Source of the DNA: an uncultured bacterium
GTDB lineage: Bacteria > Patescibacteriota > Minisyncoccia > UBA6257 > 2-01-FULL-56-20
Length of the DNA stretch: 64,000 bases
NCBI GenBank assembly: GCA_963844965.1
Contig: CAWJQC010000004.1
Location: 128,001-192,000 of the forward strand
Reading direction: 5' to 3'
Position numbers and translations under genes: made by a program. Below, one piece after another: positions 38,245 to 47,047 of the stretch. The notes under the pieces were generated by a model. That model ran no database searches. It saw only the letters and a list, made by a program, of their open reading frames with translations, and was not told the origin of the DNA. Positions within the stretch are counted from its first letter, which is position 1, and every line of letters begins with the position of its first letter.

Positions 38245-40950
38245 TTACCTTTTCAGACCATATTTCTGTTCTCGTTTCTGGAAAGCTTCTGTGCCGCCCT
38301 CAAGAACGTCATAGATTGTCTTCCGCATCTCTATATTCTCTAACGAACCTTGTAGGGCATTAACCTTACTTTTATCATCAACGGATAAAGCAGTTATCAA
38401 TTCTGAATCGCCCAAGACAACGATATTGGCGTTATGGGTGCAAATAATTATCTGCCTGTTCACTTTTTGCTCTCTAACCAAAGTTACTACCTTCTCTGCT
38501 ACGAATTTTGCGTCAAGGTGATCCTCCGGCTGGTCAATGATAAGTGGATGGTCGCCAGACAACAATATAAGTTCCACCAAAGTGCCGCATCGCTCGCCGA
38601 ACGACATACTATCTTTGCCGAGTATTTTAGTTCCATATTTAATGTGATTTTCTCCGGTTTCCGCATATTCATCTAGCCGCATTATTAGGTCTTCTCTAAT
38701 AATTTGAGTATTCGGGTCTTCAAAAAACCACCGCAGAGTTTCTGTCTTTCCGCTACTATCTTGTAATTTTGGTATTCTATTTTCTTTAATAGTGGAAATT
38801 ATCTTTTCCCTTGCGACATCACCAGTAGCTTTGCCGACAAGTTCGTTTATTACATCTTTAACGTAATCCTCTCTGACGGGAGATTTTATCTTAAAATTCT
38901 TTTCAATGACACCCTTTAACTCGTCGTTTGATTGGAGGAACTGCTCCTTTATCCACGGAGCAATATCACCACTTGGATCGTCCCATACGGCAGTGATTGT
39001 TGTATCCTTAAAAGATTCGTTGAACCCGCCAATAAGTTTTTGGTTTTCCTTTATCCAGAGTTTTAGTTTTGCCGCCAGTTGATTCACGAGTTGGCTGTGT
39101 TGTTTCTTATCGCCTTCAAACTTTTTTAGGCGATTTTCAAGTTGCGATGATTGCTGGTCAATAAACTTAATTCTGTTGTTTCGCTTTTCTACCTCACTCT
39201 TTGTTATAGTAACGCCGTTTAGCTTACAGTAATCGGTAAACTGCTTTGTAAGTTCTGCGCTTTCTCTATCCAGTTCTTTTTTTACATCGGATTCTCTTAC
39301 TTCCTTTACTGCTCCTTCTAAATTCTTAACTACGGAATCCAGTTGAGATTCTTTTAGGTTATAAAAATCTTCAATTTTTTTCTTTAGCGCATTTTTCTCC
39401 GCAAAAAGTTCTAAAACTTTATCTTTATCAACAGTAGTAGAAAGTTTAAGTTGCCCTGCGAATTTTTTAATGAGGACGGCTTGGGCTTCAATATCTTGGA
39501 TCAAGCCATCAATCAACTGGCGTTTGGCTCTATTGCTTTTAATTTTTTCGGCAAGGTCTTTATATTCTTTTGTTTTTAACTTCTTAAAGTAAGATTCAAT
39601 TTGTTCTCGTTCCGCTTCAAGTTTCTTTTTGTCTATTTCTACTTGGAGTTTATCGGCGTAACTGTTACGGGTAGTTTCCATTTCTACAGCCAACGCCTCT
39701 ATTTCCTCTTTTGTCTTAATGAGTAGATCGGAATGAAGACGGCCTCCTATGTAATCCGCTATCTGTTTTGGGCTATCGGCTTTTTTCTCAATTTCTCCTT
39801 GTGTCCAGTATTCAACTTGAAAGGACGAAGTATAAAATGGGTCATTCCACTCTTTGACTTGACGCTTTAGAGATACTGGGTCTTCTGCTCCACTTTGAAA
39901 GATAACCTCAACTTCAAGATTGGGGAACTCCCTACTCAAAAATTCAATTAAGGAAAGTTTTTTGTCGCCTTTATCGGATGAAAACTTGTTAGCTACATAT
40001 CCAATCAATTCTGCTAAAGCGGTCTTTCCGGCGGCTCGTGGCCCGATAACCGTGGTTAAATTCGGACTAAAAAACAGTTCTTGATTTAGAGTAATTGGTG
40101 GAAATATACTTCTCTTTGATTGATAACTTTGATGATTTAGCAATTTTGCGGATACAATCTGCGGATGAAGATAAAGTGGCGGACTATCATCAAGACAAAC
40201 TCTAATAACTGGCTCATAAATAATTTGTTTCAAACCTTCAAATGTTGGATCGGCCTTAATCCAACTATACTTCTTACCAATTACTTCCGTTGAGTGGCCG
40301 CTTTTGTATTGAAGTTTTGATCTATCGCAAGCGTCGGAAGTAATAATACACGGAAACTCCTGTTTAATCTTTGGGAACACTATTTTTCTGTAATCCTCAA
40401 CCTGTTTTATGGCCGATACTTCAAAAATATCAACCAAAAACGCTAAATCTTTTTTTAGTGTCGCACGGACATCACTATCCAATTGTTCTATCCCGTTGGA
40501 CTTGTTACCCGCGTGGAGTAAAACAAGCCCGTCTAACTCGTGTATTTTTTGACACGCGTCTTCAAAGTTACAGTAAATCTCCTTATCCCCCTTACCCTTA
40601 ATATCGTTTTCCGAAAAATTAAGAGGGCAGAGTAATTTATCGTAAATAGTTTTTGAAGTAGTGGAAGAATCAAAAACTCCGATAATATGTATCCCTTTAT
40701 TGCCCTTATCGGTGCGCAGTTCAACGCCGGGGAGAATTGTTATATCTTTTCCTTTAGCAGCTTTTAGAACCTCGTCAATTCCTTTAACGGTATGGTGGTC
40801 TGTAATAGCAATAACAGATATATTTTCTGTTATTGCCTTTTTCACTATGTCTTCCGCTTTGTCTTTACAGCCACTATCCCAATCATAAGAAGACGGGGTA
40901 TGAACGTGCAAATCCCACTTTCTCCAAATTGAACCGCGGGGTGAATTCAT
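38245..40950 (-). CDS. PHP-domain phosphoesterase fused to an SMC/SbcC-like ABC ATPase with a long coiled-coil insert (901 aa)
   Basis: PHP motifs WDLHVHTPSSYD and VIAITDHH; Walker A GPRAAGKT; ~350-aa coiled coil; signature-like MSFGERCGTLVELIL; Walker B LIIDQPEDHLD; H-loop IICTHNANI; start codon 6 nt after the MTase stop. Confidence 0.75.
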   Translation of the reverse strand: MNSPRGSIWRKWDLHVHTPSSYDWDSGCKDKAEDIVKKAITENISVIAITDHHTVKGIDEVLKAAKGKDITILPGVELRTDKGNKGIHIIGVFDSSTTSKTIYDKLLCPLNFSENDIKGKGDKEIYCNFEDACQKIHELDGLVLLHAGNKSNGIEQLDSDVRATLKKDLAFLVDIFEVSAIKQVEDYRKIVFPKIKQEFPCIITSDACDRSKLQYKSGHSTEVIGKKYSWIKADPTFEGLKQIIYEPVIRVCLDDSPPLYLHPQIVSAKLLNHQSYQSKRSIFPPITLNQELFFSPNLTTVIGPRAAGKTALAELIGYVANKFSSDKGDKKLSLIEFLSREFPNLEVEVIFQSGAEDPVSLKRQVKEWNDPFYTSSFQVEYWTQGEIEKKADSPKQIADYIGGRLHSDLLIKTKEEIEALAVEMETTRNSYADKLQVEIDKKKLEAEREQIESYFKKLKTKEYKDLAEKIKSNRAKRQLIDGLIQDIEAQAVLIKKFAGQLKLSTTVDKDKVLELFAEKNALKKKIEDFYNLKESQLDSVVKNLEGAVKEVRESDVKKELDRESAELTKQFTDYCKLNGVTITKSEVEKRNNRIKFIDQQSSQLENRLKKFEGDKKQHSQLVNQLAAKLKLWIKENQKLIGGFNESFKDTTITAVWDDPSGDIAPWIKEQFLQSNDELKGVIEKNFKIKSPVREDYVKDVINELVGKATGDVAREKIISTIKENRIPKLQDSSGKTETLRWFFEDPNTQIIREDLIMRLDEYAETGENHIKYGTKILGKDSMSFGERCGTLVELILLSGDHPLIIDQPEDHLDAKFVAEKVVTLVREQKVNRQIIICTHNANIVVLGDSELITALSVDDKSKVNALQGSLENIEMRKTIYDVLEGGTEAFQKREQKYGLKR

Positions 40951-40956
40951 AAATTA

Positions 40957-42072
40957 TTACCTTTGTTTCAAAAACTCGTACTCAATCTTTGAAAATAAAT
41001 TACTGGGTAAGTTAGACAATCTTTTTTTAGCAACCTTGATGGCCTGTTCTGATTTATCAATACCAATCCAATGTCGGCCAAGCTCTTGGGCGGCAACGAG
41101 GGTTGTCCCAGAGCCGCAAAAACAATCAAGAACTAAATCGTCTTTATTTGACGAAGCTTCAATAATAAACTTTAACAAGTCCAAACTTTTTTCTGTTGGA
41201 TAATTGGGATACTGCGGGTCTTTAAATTCCCAAATATCCTGCATTTTCTTCCCTGTTCTCTCATCGAGGAAAATTTTTTTGCGTGGTACTCCGCTTGCCG
41301 ACCATTCAATAAGTCCTTGCTTATCCCATTCTTCTAAAATAGCCGGATTAGTTCGCCAATGGCGTCCTTTTGGTGGTTTTTGCCCTCGCCACTCCTTACT
41401 TGTATTCCCGTTTGATGTTTCTCCGGGTGCGTGGAGTGGGATTGTTGTATATCGCCGTCCGTCTTTATCAACTTTCTTAAACAAGCGATCCTCGTCTTCC
41501 TCGGAGAATGAAACGTGTGGATCATTCCAAATCGGGTTTTCTGATTTGGAGTAAAAAAGTATCAAATCCTTGATATTGCCGTAGGCCTTACGATGAAAAT
41601 TTTTCGGGTTACACTTAATGCGAGTAATATCGTTACGAAAACTTTTGCGACCAAAAACTTCATCCATTATAAGTTTCACATAGTGGCCGATTTTATAATC
41701 AATGTGAAGGTAAATTGACCCACGCTCGGATAGAAGTTCGCGCAAAAAAATCAGGCGTTCGCGTAGAAATTCTAAAAATTCCGCACCAATTAACGTATCG
41801 CTATATGCAATCTCATCGCTATTGCTACTACTGATTGTATTGGCACGCCCCTCGCTTATTTTGAAATGGCCATTGGTTGCAAATGGTGGATCAATATAAA
41901 TCAAATCAACCTTACCCCCATAATTATCAAGTAACGTTTTGAGAGTGGAAAGATTATCGCCATGAACAAGTTTATTTTTTGCCCCTTTGCCGGAAAGCAC
42001 TTTCAAGTTAGCTCTTGGAGTGCTTTCAAGAATTTCACGCTCACCCTTTTTGCTTTCATAACTAAGAAGCAT
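40957..42072 (-). CDS. beta-class DNA methyltransferase (N6-adenine or N4-cytosine)
   Basis: Motif IV LIYIDPPF precedes motif I VLDCFCGSGTT (beta-class order). Confidence 0.8.
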   Translation of the reverse strand: MLLSYESKKGEREILESTPRANLKVLSGKGAKNKLVHGDNLSTLKTLLDNYGGKVDLIYIDPPFATNGHFKISEGRANTISSSNSDEIAYSDTLIGAEFLEFLRERLIFLRELLSERGSIYLHIDYKIGHYVKLIMDEVFGRKSFRNDITRIKCNPKNFHRKAYGNIKDLILFYSKSENPIWNDPHVSFSEEDEDRLFKKVDKDGRRYTTIPLHAPGETSNGNTSKEWRGQKPPKGRHWRTNPAILEEWDKQGLIEWSASGVPRKKIFLDERTGKKMQDIWEFKDPQYPNYPTEKSLDLLKFIIEASSNKDDLVLDCFCGSGTTLVAAQELGRHWIGIDKSEQAIKVAKKRLSNLPSNLFSKIEYEFLKQR

Positions 42073-42078
42073 ATAAAA

Positions 42079-42861
42079 TTATATTTGATATAAGAATTCG
42101 CGCAGGACGAGTGCGCTCATAATATTCTCGTCCTTTAACTCGCCAGCGACCGCTTTATACATTTTGTTGTTGCCCTTGATATAAAGTACCCCATCTAAAA
42201 TGGCCACCTTAACCGCTTTAACACCCTTCGCTTTGATAGTGGCGATTGCGTCGTTAAATTGAGCATTTTGATGACCCCCAAAATCGGTTAAAAATTTTGC
42301 CTCTCCAATAACATACTTCCCGTTAAAACGCCCTATCAAATCAAGTCCTTTGTTATGATTGTAGTTCAAGTATTTTTTAGCAAAGGCCATCGTTTCCGCA
42401 TCTCCCGCATCAAGAACTGCGTTTCCTTTTGCCACTAAAAATTCCGACATCTTCAGCGGTTGCACTCCGAGAGTTTTTCTATTCAGCCAGCGGCGGAAAA
42501 GTGGGCCAATTTGTCGGTTTGTTTCTTTTGGCTCTGATGAACGAGAGAAAATTTGCTTAAGACCCATCTCATACAATCGGCCACATAGACGAGCAACCGT
42601 CGCCGGATTGCGCTTTAATGCTTCTTTGTCGCGCTTAAGATAAGCAATGTAGGAATCTTTAATAGGAAATAAATCAAGCTTCAAAAGATTTTCAAGAAGC
42701 GCAACATTGTTCCTTTTTTCAAACGCCTGTTCTACGTTTTTCCAAAGCGCCTTGTTAATGTCGCGAATTCCCTCTGGAATTGTTGGATATACTTGAAACA
42801 AATCATCGAGGTAGCTTCGCTGATTTGCGTAATCAATACTTAATTTTGTCCAATGGTTCAT
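42079..42861 (-). CDS. putative type II restriction endonuclease (PD-(D/E)xK-like)
   Basis: 260 aa between the C-protein and MTase genes; GLDLIGRFNGKYVIGEAKF fits a D...E-x-K motif; no other recognisable motifs. Confidence 0.55.
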   Translation of the reverse strand: MNHWTKLSIDYANQRSYLDDLFQVYPTIPEGIRDINKALWKNVEQAFEKRNNVALLENLLKLDLFPIKDSYIAYLKRDKEALKRNPATVARLCGRLYEMGLKQIFSRSSEPKETNRQIGPLFRRWLNRKTLGVQPLKMSEFLVAKGNAVLDAGDAETMAFAKKYLNYNHNKGLDLIGRFNGKYVIGEAKFLTDFGGHQNAQFNDAIATIKAKGVKAVKVAILDGVLYIKGNNKMYKAVAGELKDENIMSALVLREFLYQI

Positions 42862-42865
42862 GGTT

Positions 42866-43078
42866 TTATTTTATTAAGTCATCAACTGCGACATTTAGGG
42901 CTTTGGCTATTTTCGCCAAAGTTTCTATTGTCGGATTCTTATTAACACCCGATTCAATTTTAATCATGGTGTTATAGGTAACATCCGCCAATTTGGACAA
43001 ACGATCTTGTGAAATGCCGAGTTTACTACGGTATTTTTTGATATTCTCGGCAATCCTTGATTTGTTGCTTGCTCCCAT
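42866..43078 (-). CDS. XRE-family HTH controller (C) protein of the R-M operon
   Basis: 70 aa; KKYRSKLGISQDRLSKLADVTYNTMIKIESGVNKNPTIETLAKIAKAL; first gene of the operon, 4 nt before the REase. Confidence 0.7.
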   Translation of the reverse strand: MGASNKSRIAENIKKYRSKLGISQDRLSKLADVTYNTMIKIESGVNKNPTIETLAKIAKALNVAVDDLIK

Positions 43079-43134
43079 AGTAATATAGTAGTATGATTGA
43101 ACTAATAGCGAGTGATTTTGTTTAATCTATTACT
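43079..43134. promoter_or_regulatory. divergent control region between the C-protein gene and the recombinase gene; contains inverted repeats (candidate C-box)
   Basis: ccatagtaata...tattactatgg 11-bp inverted repeat spanning the 56-bp intergenic region. Confidence 0.35.
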
Positions 43135-44739
43135 ATGGTATCAAAAAATACACCGCACGTAAATACCTATTTTCTCTACGCCCGCAAATCCACCGACGTT
43201 GAAGACAAGCAAGTCCGGTCTATTGAGGACCAGCTTGCCGTATTGCGGGCGTTGGCCAAAGGCGAAGGACTAACTATCGCCAGAGAGTTTATTGAGCGGC
43301 AATCGGCCAAGAAGCCGGGCCGCCCCGCTTTTAACGAAATGCTCGCCTTGATTGAAAAAGGCGAAGCGCAAGGAATCCTCTGTTGGAAACTTGACCGCTT
43401 GGCTCGCAATCCGGTTGATAGCGGCCGCATATCTTGGCTCTTACAGCAGGGCGTTATCCGGCACATCCAAACGCACGACCGAAGCTTTTATCCTACGGAC
43501 AATGTTTTGATGACGAGCGTAGAGTTCGGGATGGCGAACCAGTTTATCCTTGATTTGAAAGTGAACACCAAACGCGGCCTTGACGCCAAAGCCAAGCGCG
43601 GCGACTATCCGGGCCATGCTCCCATCGGCTACATCAACGACACCCGCGTAAAGCTCGTGGCCGTTGATAAAAGGAAATCCAAAATTATCAGGCGCGCGTT
43701 TGAACTCTACGCCGAGGGCAACTGGCGTTTGGAAGACGCCGCCAAATTCCTTTTGGAGAACGGTATTAAAACGAAAGGCGACAAACCCTTGTCGCGCGAC
43801 CGAATCTCTTATCTCTTGACCAATCCTTTTTATTACGGCAATTTCCGCTACAACGGGGAACTTTACGAAGGCAATCACGAGCCGATAATTACGAAGCAAC
43901 TTTTTGACAAAGTTCAGGCGGCGTTGAAAGCGCGAAGCAAGCCGCCCTCAAGTCCCGCCAATCACCCGCAAGCTCTTTGCGGGGCTATCCGGTGCGGCAC
44001 TTGCGGCATGATGATAACCGCCGAGCGTAAGATAAAACACCAGAAAAACGGCAATGTCCACGAATACACTTATTATCGTTGTACCCGCAAGAACAAAGCG
44101 ATCCGGTGCTCCGAGCCGCCTATCCGCGAGGACGCGCTTAATCGGCAGTTATCGAACCTTATCAAAAAGTATGCTTTGCCGGACGATTGGGCGGCGGAGC
44201 TATTAAAAATGTCCGAGCGGGACGAACAGGAAGCCGCCCAATCAACGACCGCCCTCGTCCGAGAGGCGCGGGACGAGATACAGGCCATTTCTCAAAAACT
44301 CCAACGCCTTCTTGACGCATATCTTGACCAAGATATTGAGCGGGAAAGCTACCGCTTCGAGAAGGCAAACCTTCTCTCCCGCAAGAAGTCGTTGGAGGAG
44401 AAAATCGGCAATTTGGAGCAAGGGGCGATTGCTTGGGTTGAACCCCTGCGCGATTGGATAAAAGACGCTCAAACGCTGAACGAAATGACGGAAACGACCC
44501 CCTTACCCCTCAAAAAATCGTTCGCTCAAAAAATTTTCGGATTGAACCTGACACTCCACGCGCGCGAAGCGCGCGGTTTTGCGGAAAAACAATGGGCTTC
44601 CATTGTGGAAGCCCATTGTTCGGTGAATAAAAAACCTTTAAGTTGTGTTATGGAGCGGGCGAAGGGAATCGAACCCTCGTCTATAGCTTGGGAAGCTATC
44701 GTACTGCCACTGTACTACGCCCGCAAGATAGCCCACTAA
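43135..44739 (+). CDS. large serine recombinase (integrase), intact; 3' end overlaps tRNA-Gly in antisense
   Basis: 534 aa; catalytic N-domain YARKSTDVEDKQVRSIEDQ, recombinase domain, zinc ribbon CGTCGM..YYRCTRKNK, coiled coil; last ~30 codons are antisense to tRNA-Gly. Confidence 0.85.
   Translation: MVSKNTPHVNTYFLYARKSTDVEDKQVRSIEDQLAVLRALAKGEGLTIAREFIERQSAKKPGRPAFNEMLALIEKGEAQGILCWKLDRLARNPVDSGRISWLLQQGVIRHIQTHDRSFYPTDNVLMTSVEFGMANQFILDLKVNTKRGLDAKAKRGDYPGHAPIGYINDTRVKLVAVDKRKSKIIRRAFELYAEGNWRLEDAAKFLLENGIKTKGDKPLSRDRISYLLTNPFYYGNFRYNGELYEGNHEPIITKQLFDKVQAALKARSKPPSSPANHPQALCGAIRCGTCGMMITAERKIKHQKNGNVHEYTYYRCTRKNKAIRCSEPPIREDALNRQLSNLIKKYALPDDWAAELLKMSERDEQEAAQSTTALVREARDEIQAISQKLQRLLDAYLDQDIERESYRFEKANLLSRKKSLEEKIGNLEQGAIAWVEPLRDWIKDAQTLNEMTETTPLPLKKSFAQKIFGLNLTLHAREARGFAEKQWASIVEAHCSVNKKPLSCVMERAKGIEPSSIAWEAIVLPLYYARKIAH
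44651..44724 (-). tRNA. tRNA-Gly (anticodon CCC)
   Basis: 74 nt: GCGGGCG-TA-GTAC-AGTGGCA-GTAC-G-ATAGC-TTCCCAA-GCTAT-AGAC-GAGGG-TTCGATT-CCCTT-CGCCCGC-T-CCA; perfect acceptor stem; CCA encoded. Confidence 0.85.
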
Positions 44740-44751
44740 GTCCTTCTTTGG

Positions 44752-44817
44752 TGCGGGGCTTGGGAAGGTCTCGCCTGCATACCGGCAGGCAGGTTCTGCC
44801 ACTGAACCATACCCGCG
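44752..44817 (-). other. tRNA-like remnant: 5' half with a Tyr-like GTA anticodon arm joined to a degenerate 3' end
   Basis: GCGGGTA-TG-GTTC-AGTGGCA-GAAC-..CCTGC-CGGTATG-GCAGG then only 15 nt (no T-arm) before GCCCCGC-ACCA; cannot fold a complete cloverleaf. Confidence 0.4.
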
Positions 44818-44845
44818 TTTTTTGTTACATGCTACATGTTACATG

Positions 44846-45679
44846 TCACTTGTCGCTAACGAGCGGCACAAAACTGAAACCGAAATACTCTTTCTCTTTC
44901 CAGCCGGAGGCTGGTCCGCCTTTGGCGGAAACACCTTTCCCTGAAATTTTATCCAAAACGACGATGCTTTGTCCAACGGGAGCGACGATGCGGCCGCCGA
45001 TCTTGAGCTGATTCTTCCATTCTTTGGGTATCAGCTCAAGCACGGATGAACGCGGATAAGACGCGGATTGAAGCTGATTCTCAATGGCGGCGCTTGCGAG
45101 AATCTTGTCAAATCCTCCGACCGGCAAAAATTCTTTTGGCGCGCCGCGATAGCCGTCGCCGCAATGAAATTTAACAATCCCCTTCTCTACAAAATTGTAT
45201 TTGCGCACGTTCACCTCGCCGAATTTGCACAGTTCCTGGATGCGTTCTATGGCTATCACGCATCCCGCGGATGTACGCTGAACTGACGCGGAACTACGCG
45301 GAATTTTTTTCGCATTAAGCCGCGCAGCATTGCTAGGAATTTTTTCTGCGTTATTCTGCGTACTGTCCGCGTTTATCCGCGCGGCTCTGCTCACACAGTA
45401 TGCGAGCAGAGCCGACGTCCAGCCGGAGCCCGCACCGACATCCAGAATTTTTTCTCCCGCGTGCGGCTCGAAAAGCTCCAGCATGAACGCCACGGTAAGT
45501 GGCTGGGAAATCGTCTGCCCATGACCGATGGACAAAGGATAATTTCCGTAAGTCTCTCCCATCGTCTCCGGCAAAATGAAATCCTTGCGGTCAATTTTTT
45601 CAAACGCCTCTATCAAGCGGGGTGTTTTTAGGTATCTGTCTTTTATCAAGGACTGTACTAAAAATTCTTTATCTGTCAT
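44846..45679 (-). CDS. pcm: protein-L-isoaspartate O-methyltransferase with a low-complexity in-frame insertion
   Basis: TISQPLTVAFMLELFEPHAGEKILDVGAGSGWTSALLA; ~30-aa insertion ARINADSTQNNAEKIPSNAARLNAKKIPRSSASVQR encoded by a repeat-rich segment at 45280-45390; ORF extends to 45868 but the likely start is MTDKEF. Confidence 0.75.
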   Translation of the reverse strand: MTDKEFLVQSLIKDRYLKTPRLIEAFEKIDRKDFILPETMGETYGNYPLSIGHGQTISQPLTVAFMLELFEPHAGEKILDVGAGSGWTSALLAYCVSRAARINADSTQNNAEKIPSNAARLNAKKIPRSSASVQRTSAGCVIAIERIQELCKFGEVNVRKYNFVEKGIVKFHCGDGYRGAPKEFLPVGGFDKILASAAIENQLQSASYPRSSVLELIPKEWKNQLKIGGRIVAPVGQSIVVLDKISGKGVSAKGGPASGWKEKEYFGFSFVPLVSDK

Positions 45680-45719
45680 CGTATGTAAAAATTTTATACG
45701 CCGATTGCAAAAGAGTAAA

Positions 45720-45747
45720 CCCCCACACCTAAGCATGGGTGTGGGGG
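45720..45747. repeat. short palindromic element of the CCCCCACACC family (intergenic)
   Basis: cccccacacctaagcatgggtgtggggg. Confidence 0.65.
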
Positions 45748-45825
45748 TGAACCCCCCGCGCCATAACGAGGATAAAAAAATGGGCCGAGGGGTTTTACCT
45801 CCGGCCCGCCGCAGTTGGACAGCGG

Positions 45826-46848
45826 CTATCGGCGAATGCCGACGCCCTGCGAAAACTGCTTCAGCCAAATTCGCATGAACTCAATGGCTTTTTCAAATTG
45901 CGTAAAGGTCAAACTATGGTCGCCCAGCATATCCAGGATCTGCCGGTCGGGGCAAACCGAGATCACGAGGCGCGCCGGTCTCATTGCCTTTGCCGCGGCG
46001 ACGCCGGTAAAGAAATTCGCGTAGTCGTGGAGTTCGCCGTCAGATTCGGCGTAAGCAATAACAAGATCTGCCTCCCAAGAAAGGAAATCCCGAAGGGCGC
46101 GCCTTTCATAAACATTGAAGGGCTTGCCTTCAACTGATTGATTTTTCGGGAACGAATCATGGTGCAAGATGTGAAGCACTTTTCCGTTACGTACAACTTC
46201 ATCGTCCACACAGGCAAACCAGTCCGAGTCACCGTAAGCAAGGGAGATATCCCCGATGAGATTTACGAACACCGGCTCGTGGTAATCGGGAATGGAAAAT
46301 TGCAGCGCCGCTCTCTCAAGGAACGCCAGTCCCTCTTCAAAGGTCCGATATCCCATGAAAGGAAATTCTCCGGAGCCCGTGATGGGCATGTACGGATTGC
46401 CGGCGAGCATGAAAAATCTCCGATACCTTGAGCGGTTATGGACAAATGCTTTTTCAAACACGCCTTTCAGATTTATATCAATCTCACGAATCTCACCCCT
46501 CGAATCATTCAGCGCGTCCTCAAGAACGACTACGCGCAGACCGTGCGGATTCTTGCCTTTGTGAAGGTAGGTCTCACCTATGGCTCCTTCTCCGCCCGGG
46601 TTGTCTCTTTCAAGATAGCCGAAAATGATATCGGCCTCCGCCGCCATCCATAAATCCAAGCTCCCCCAGCCGTCGTGCGGAAGAGATTCGTCTGTGCTCT
46701 CCGGCCGGTTTCGGCGCGGGTCAAAATAACGAATCATCCTCGAGGGCGGTACGGCGTTCATAATCTCATCGTGCCAGTATATGACCCTGTCTCCATCTTT
46801 CTTCGGGTGCATCCCGCCGGAAAGATACACTGAAATCGGTACGCGCAT
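45826..46848 (-). CDS. protein with two tandem nucleoside 2-deoxyribosyltransferase-like (NDT/LOG-fold) domains
   Basis: Domain 1 VYLSGGMHPK..DLWMAAEADIIFGYLE..GEGAIGETYLHKGKNPHGLRVVV resembles NDT YFGAGWF..GLGMELGYAL.GKYV; the pattern repeats in domain 2. Confidence 0.5.
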   Translation of the reverse strand: MRVPISVYLSGGMHPKKDGDRVIYWHDEIMNAVPPSRMIRYFDPRRNRPESTDESLPHDGWGSLDLWMAAEADIIFGYLERDNPGGEGAIGETYLHKGKNPHGLRVVVLEDALNDSRGEIREIDINLKGVFEKAFVHNRSRYRRFFMLAGNPYMPITGSGEFPFMGYRTFEEGLAFLERAALQFSIPDYHEPVFVNLIGDISLAYGDSDWFACVDDEVVRNGKVLHILHHDSFPKNQSVEGKPFNVYERRALRDFLSWEADLVIAYAESDGELHDYANFFTGVAAAKAMRPARLVISVCPDRQILDMLGDHSLTFTQFEKAIEFMRIWLKQFSQGVGIRR

Positions 46849-46992
46849 TAAGTCCTCCTTTTTTGTCTCAAAGCTACTAACAGAGTATCAATAAAACAAC
46901 GGGCAATGCAATAAAAGTTATCCACAGTGACTTCTGCACGTTACGCGATCACGCCGCTATAAAAACAAAGGCCTCGCACCTAAGTGGGGTGT

Positions 46993-47022
46993 AAAAAAAA
47001 CTCCCCGACTTTTACATCGGGG
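46993..47022 (-). terminator. rho-independent terminator downstream of the exonuclease gene
   Basis: ccccga-cttttaca-tcgggg hairpin followed by a U-run on the minus strand. Confidence 0.5.
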
Positions 47023-47047
47023 ACAAATTGGCCAACTTTTGACCTAC

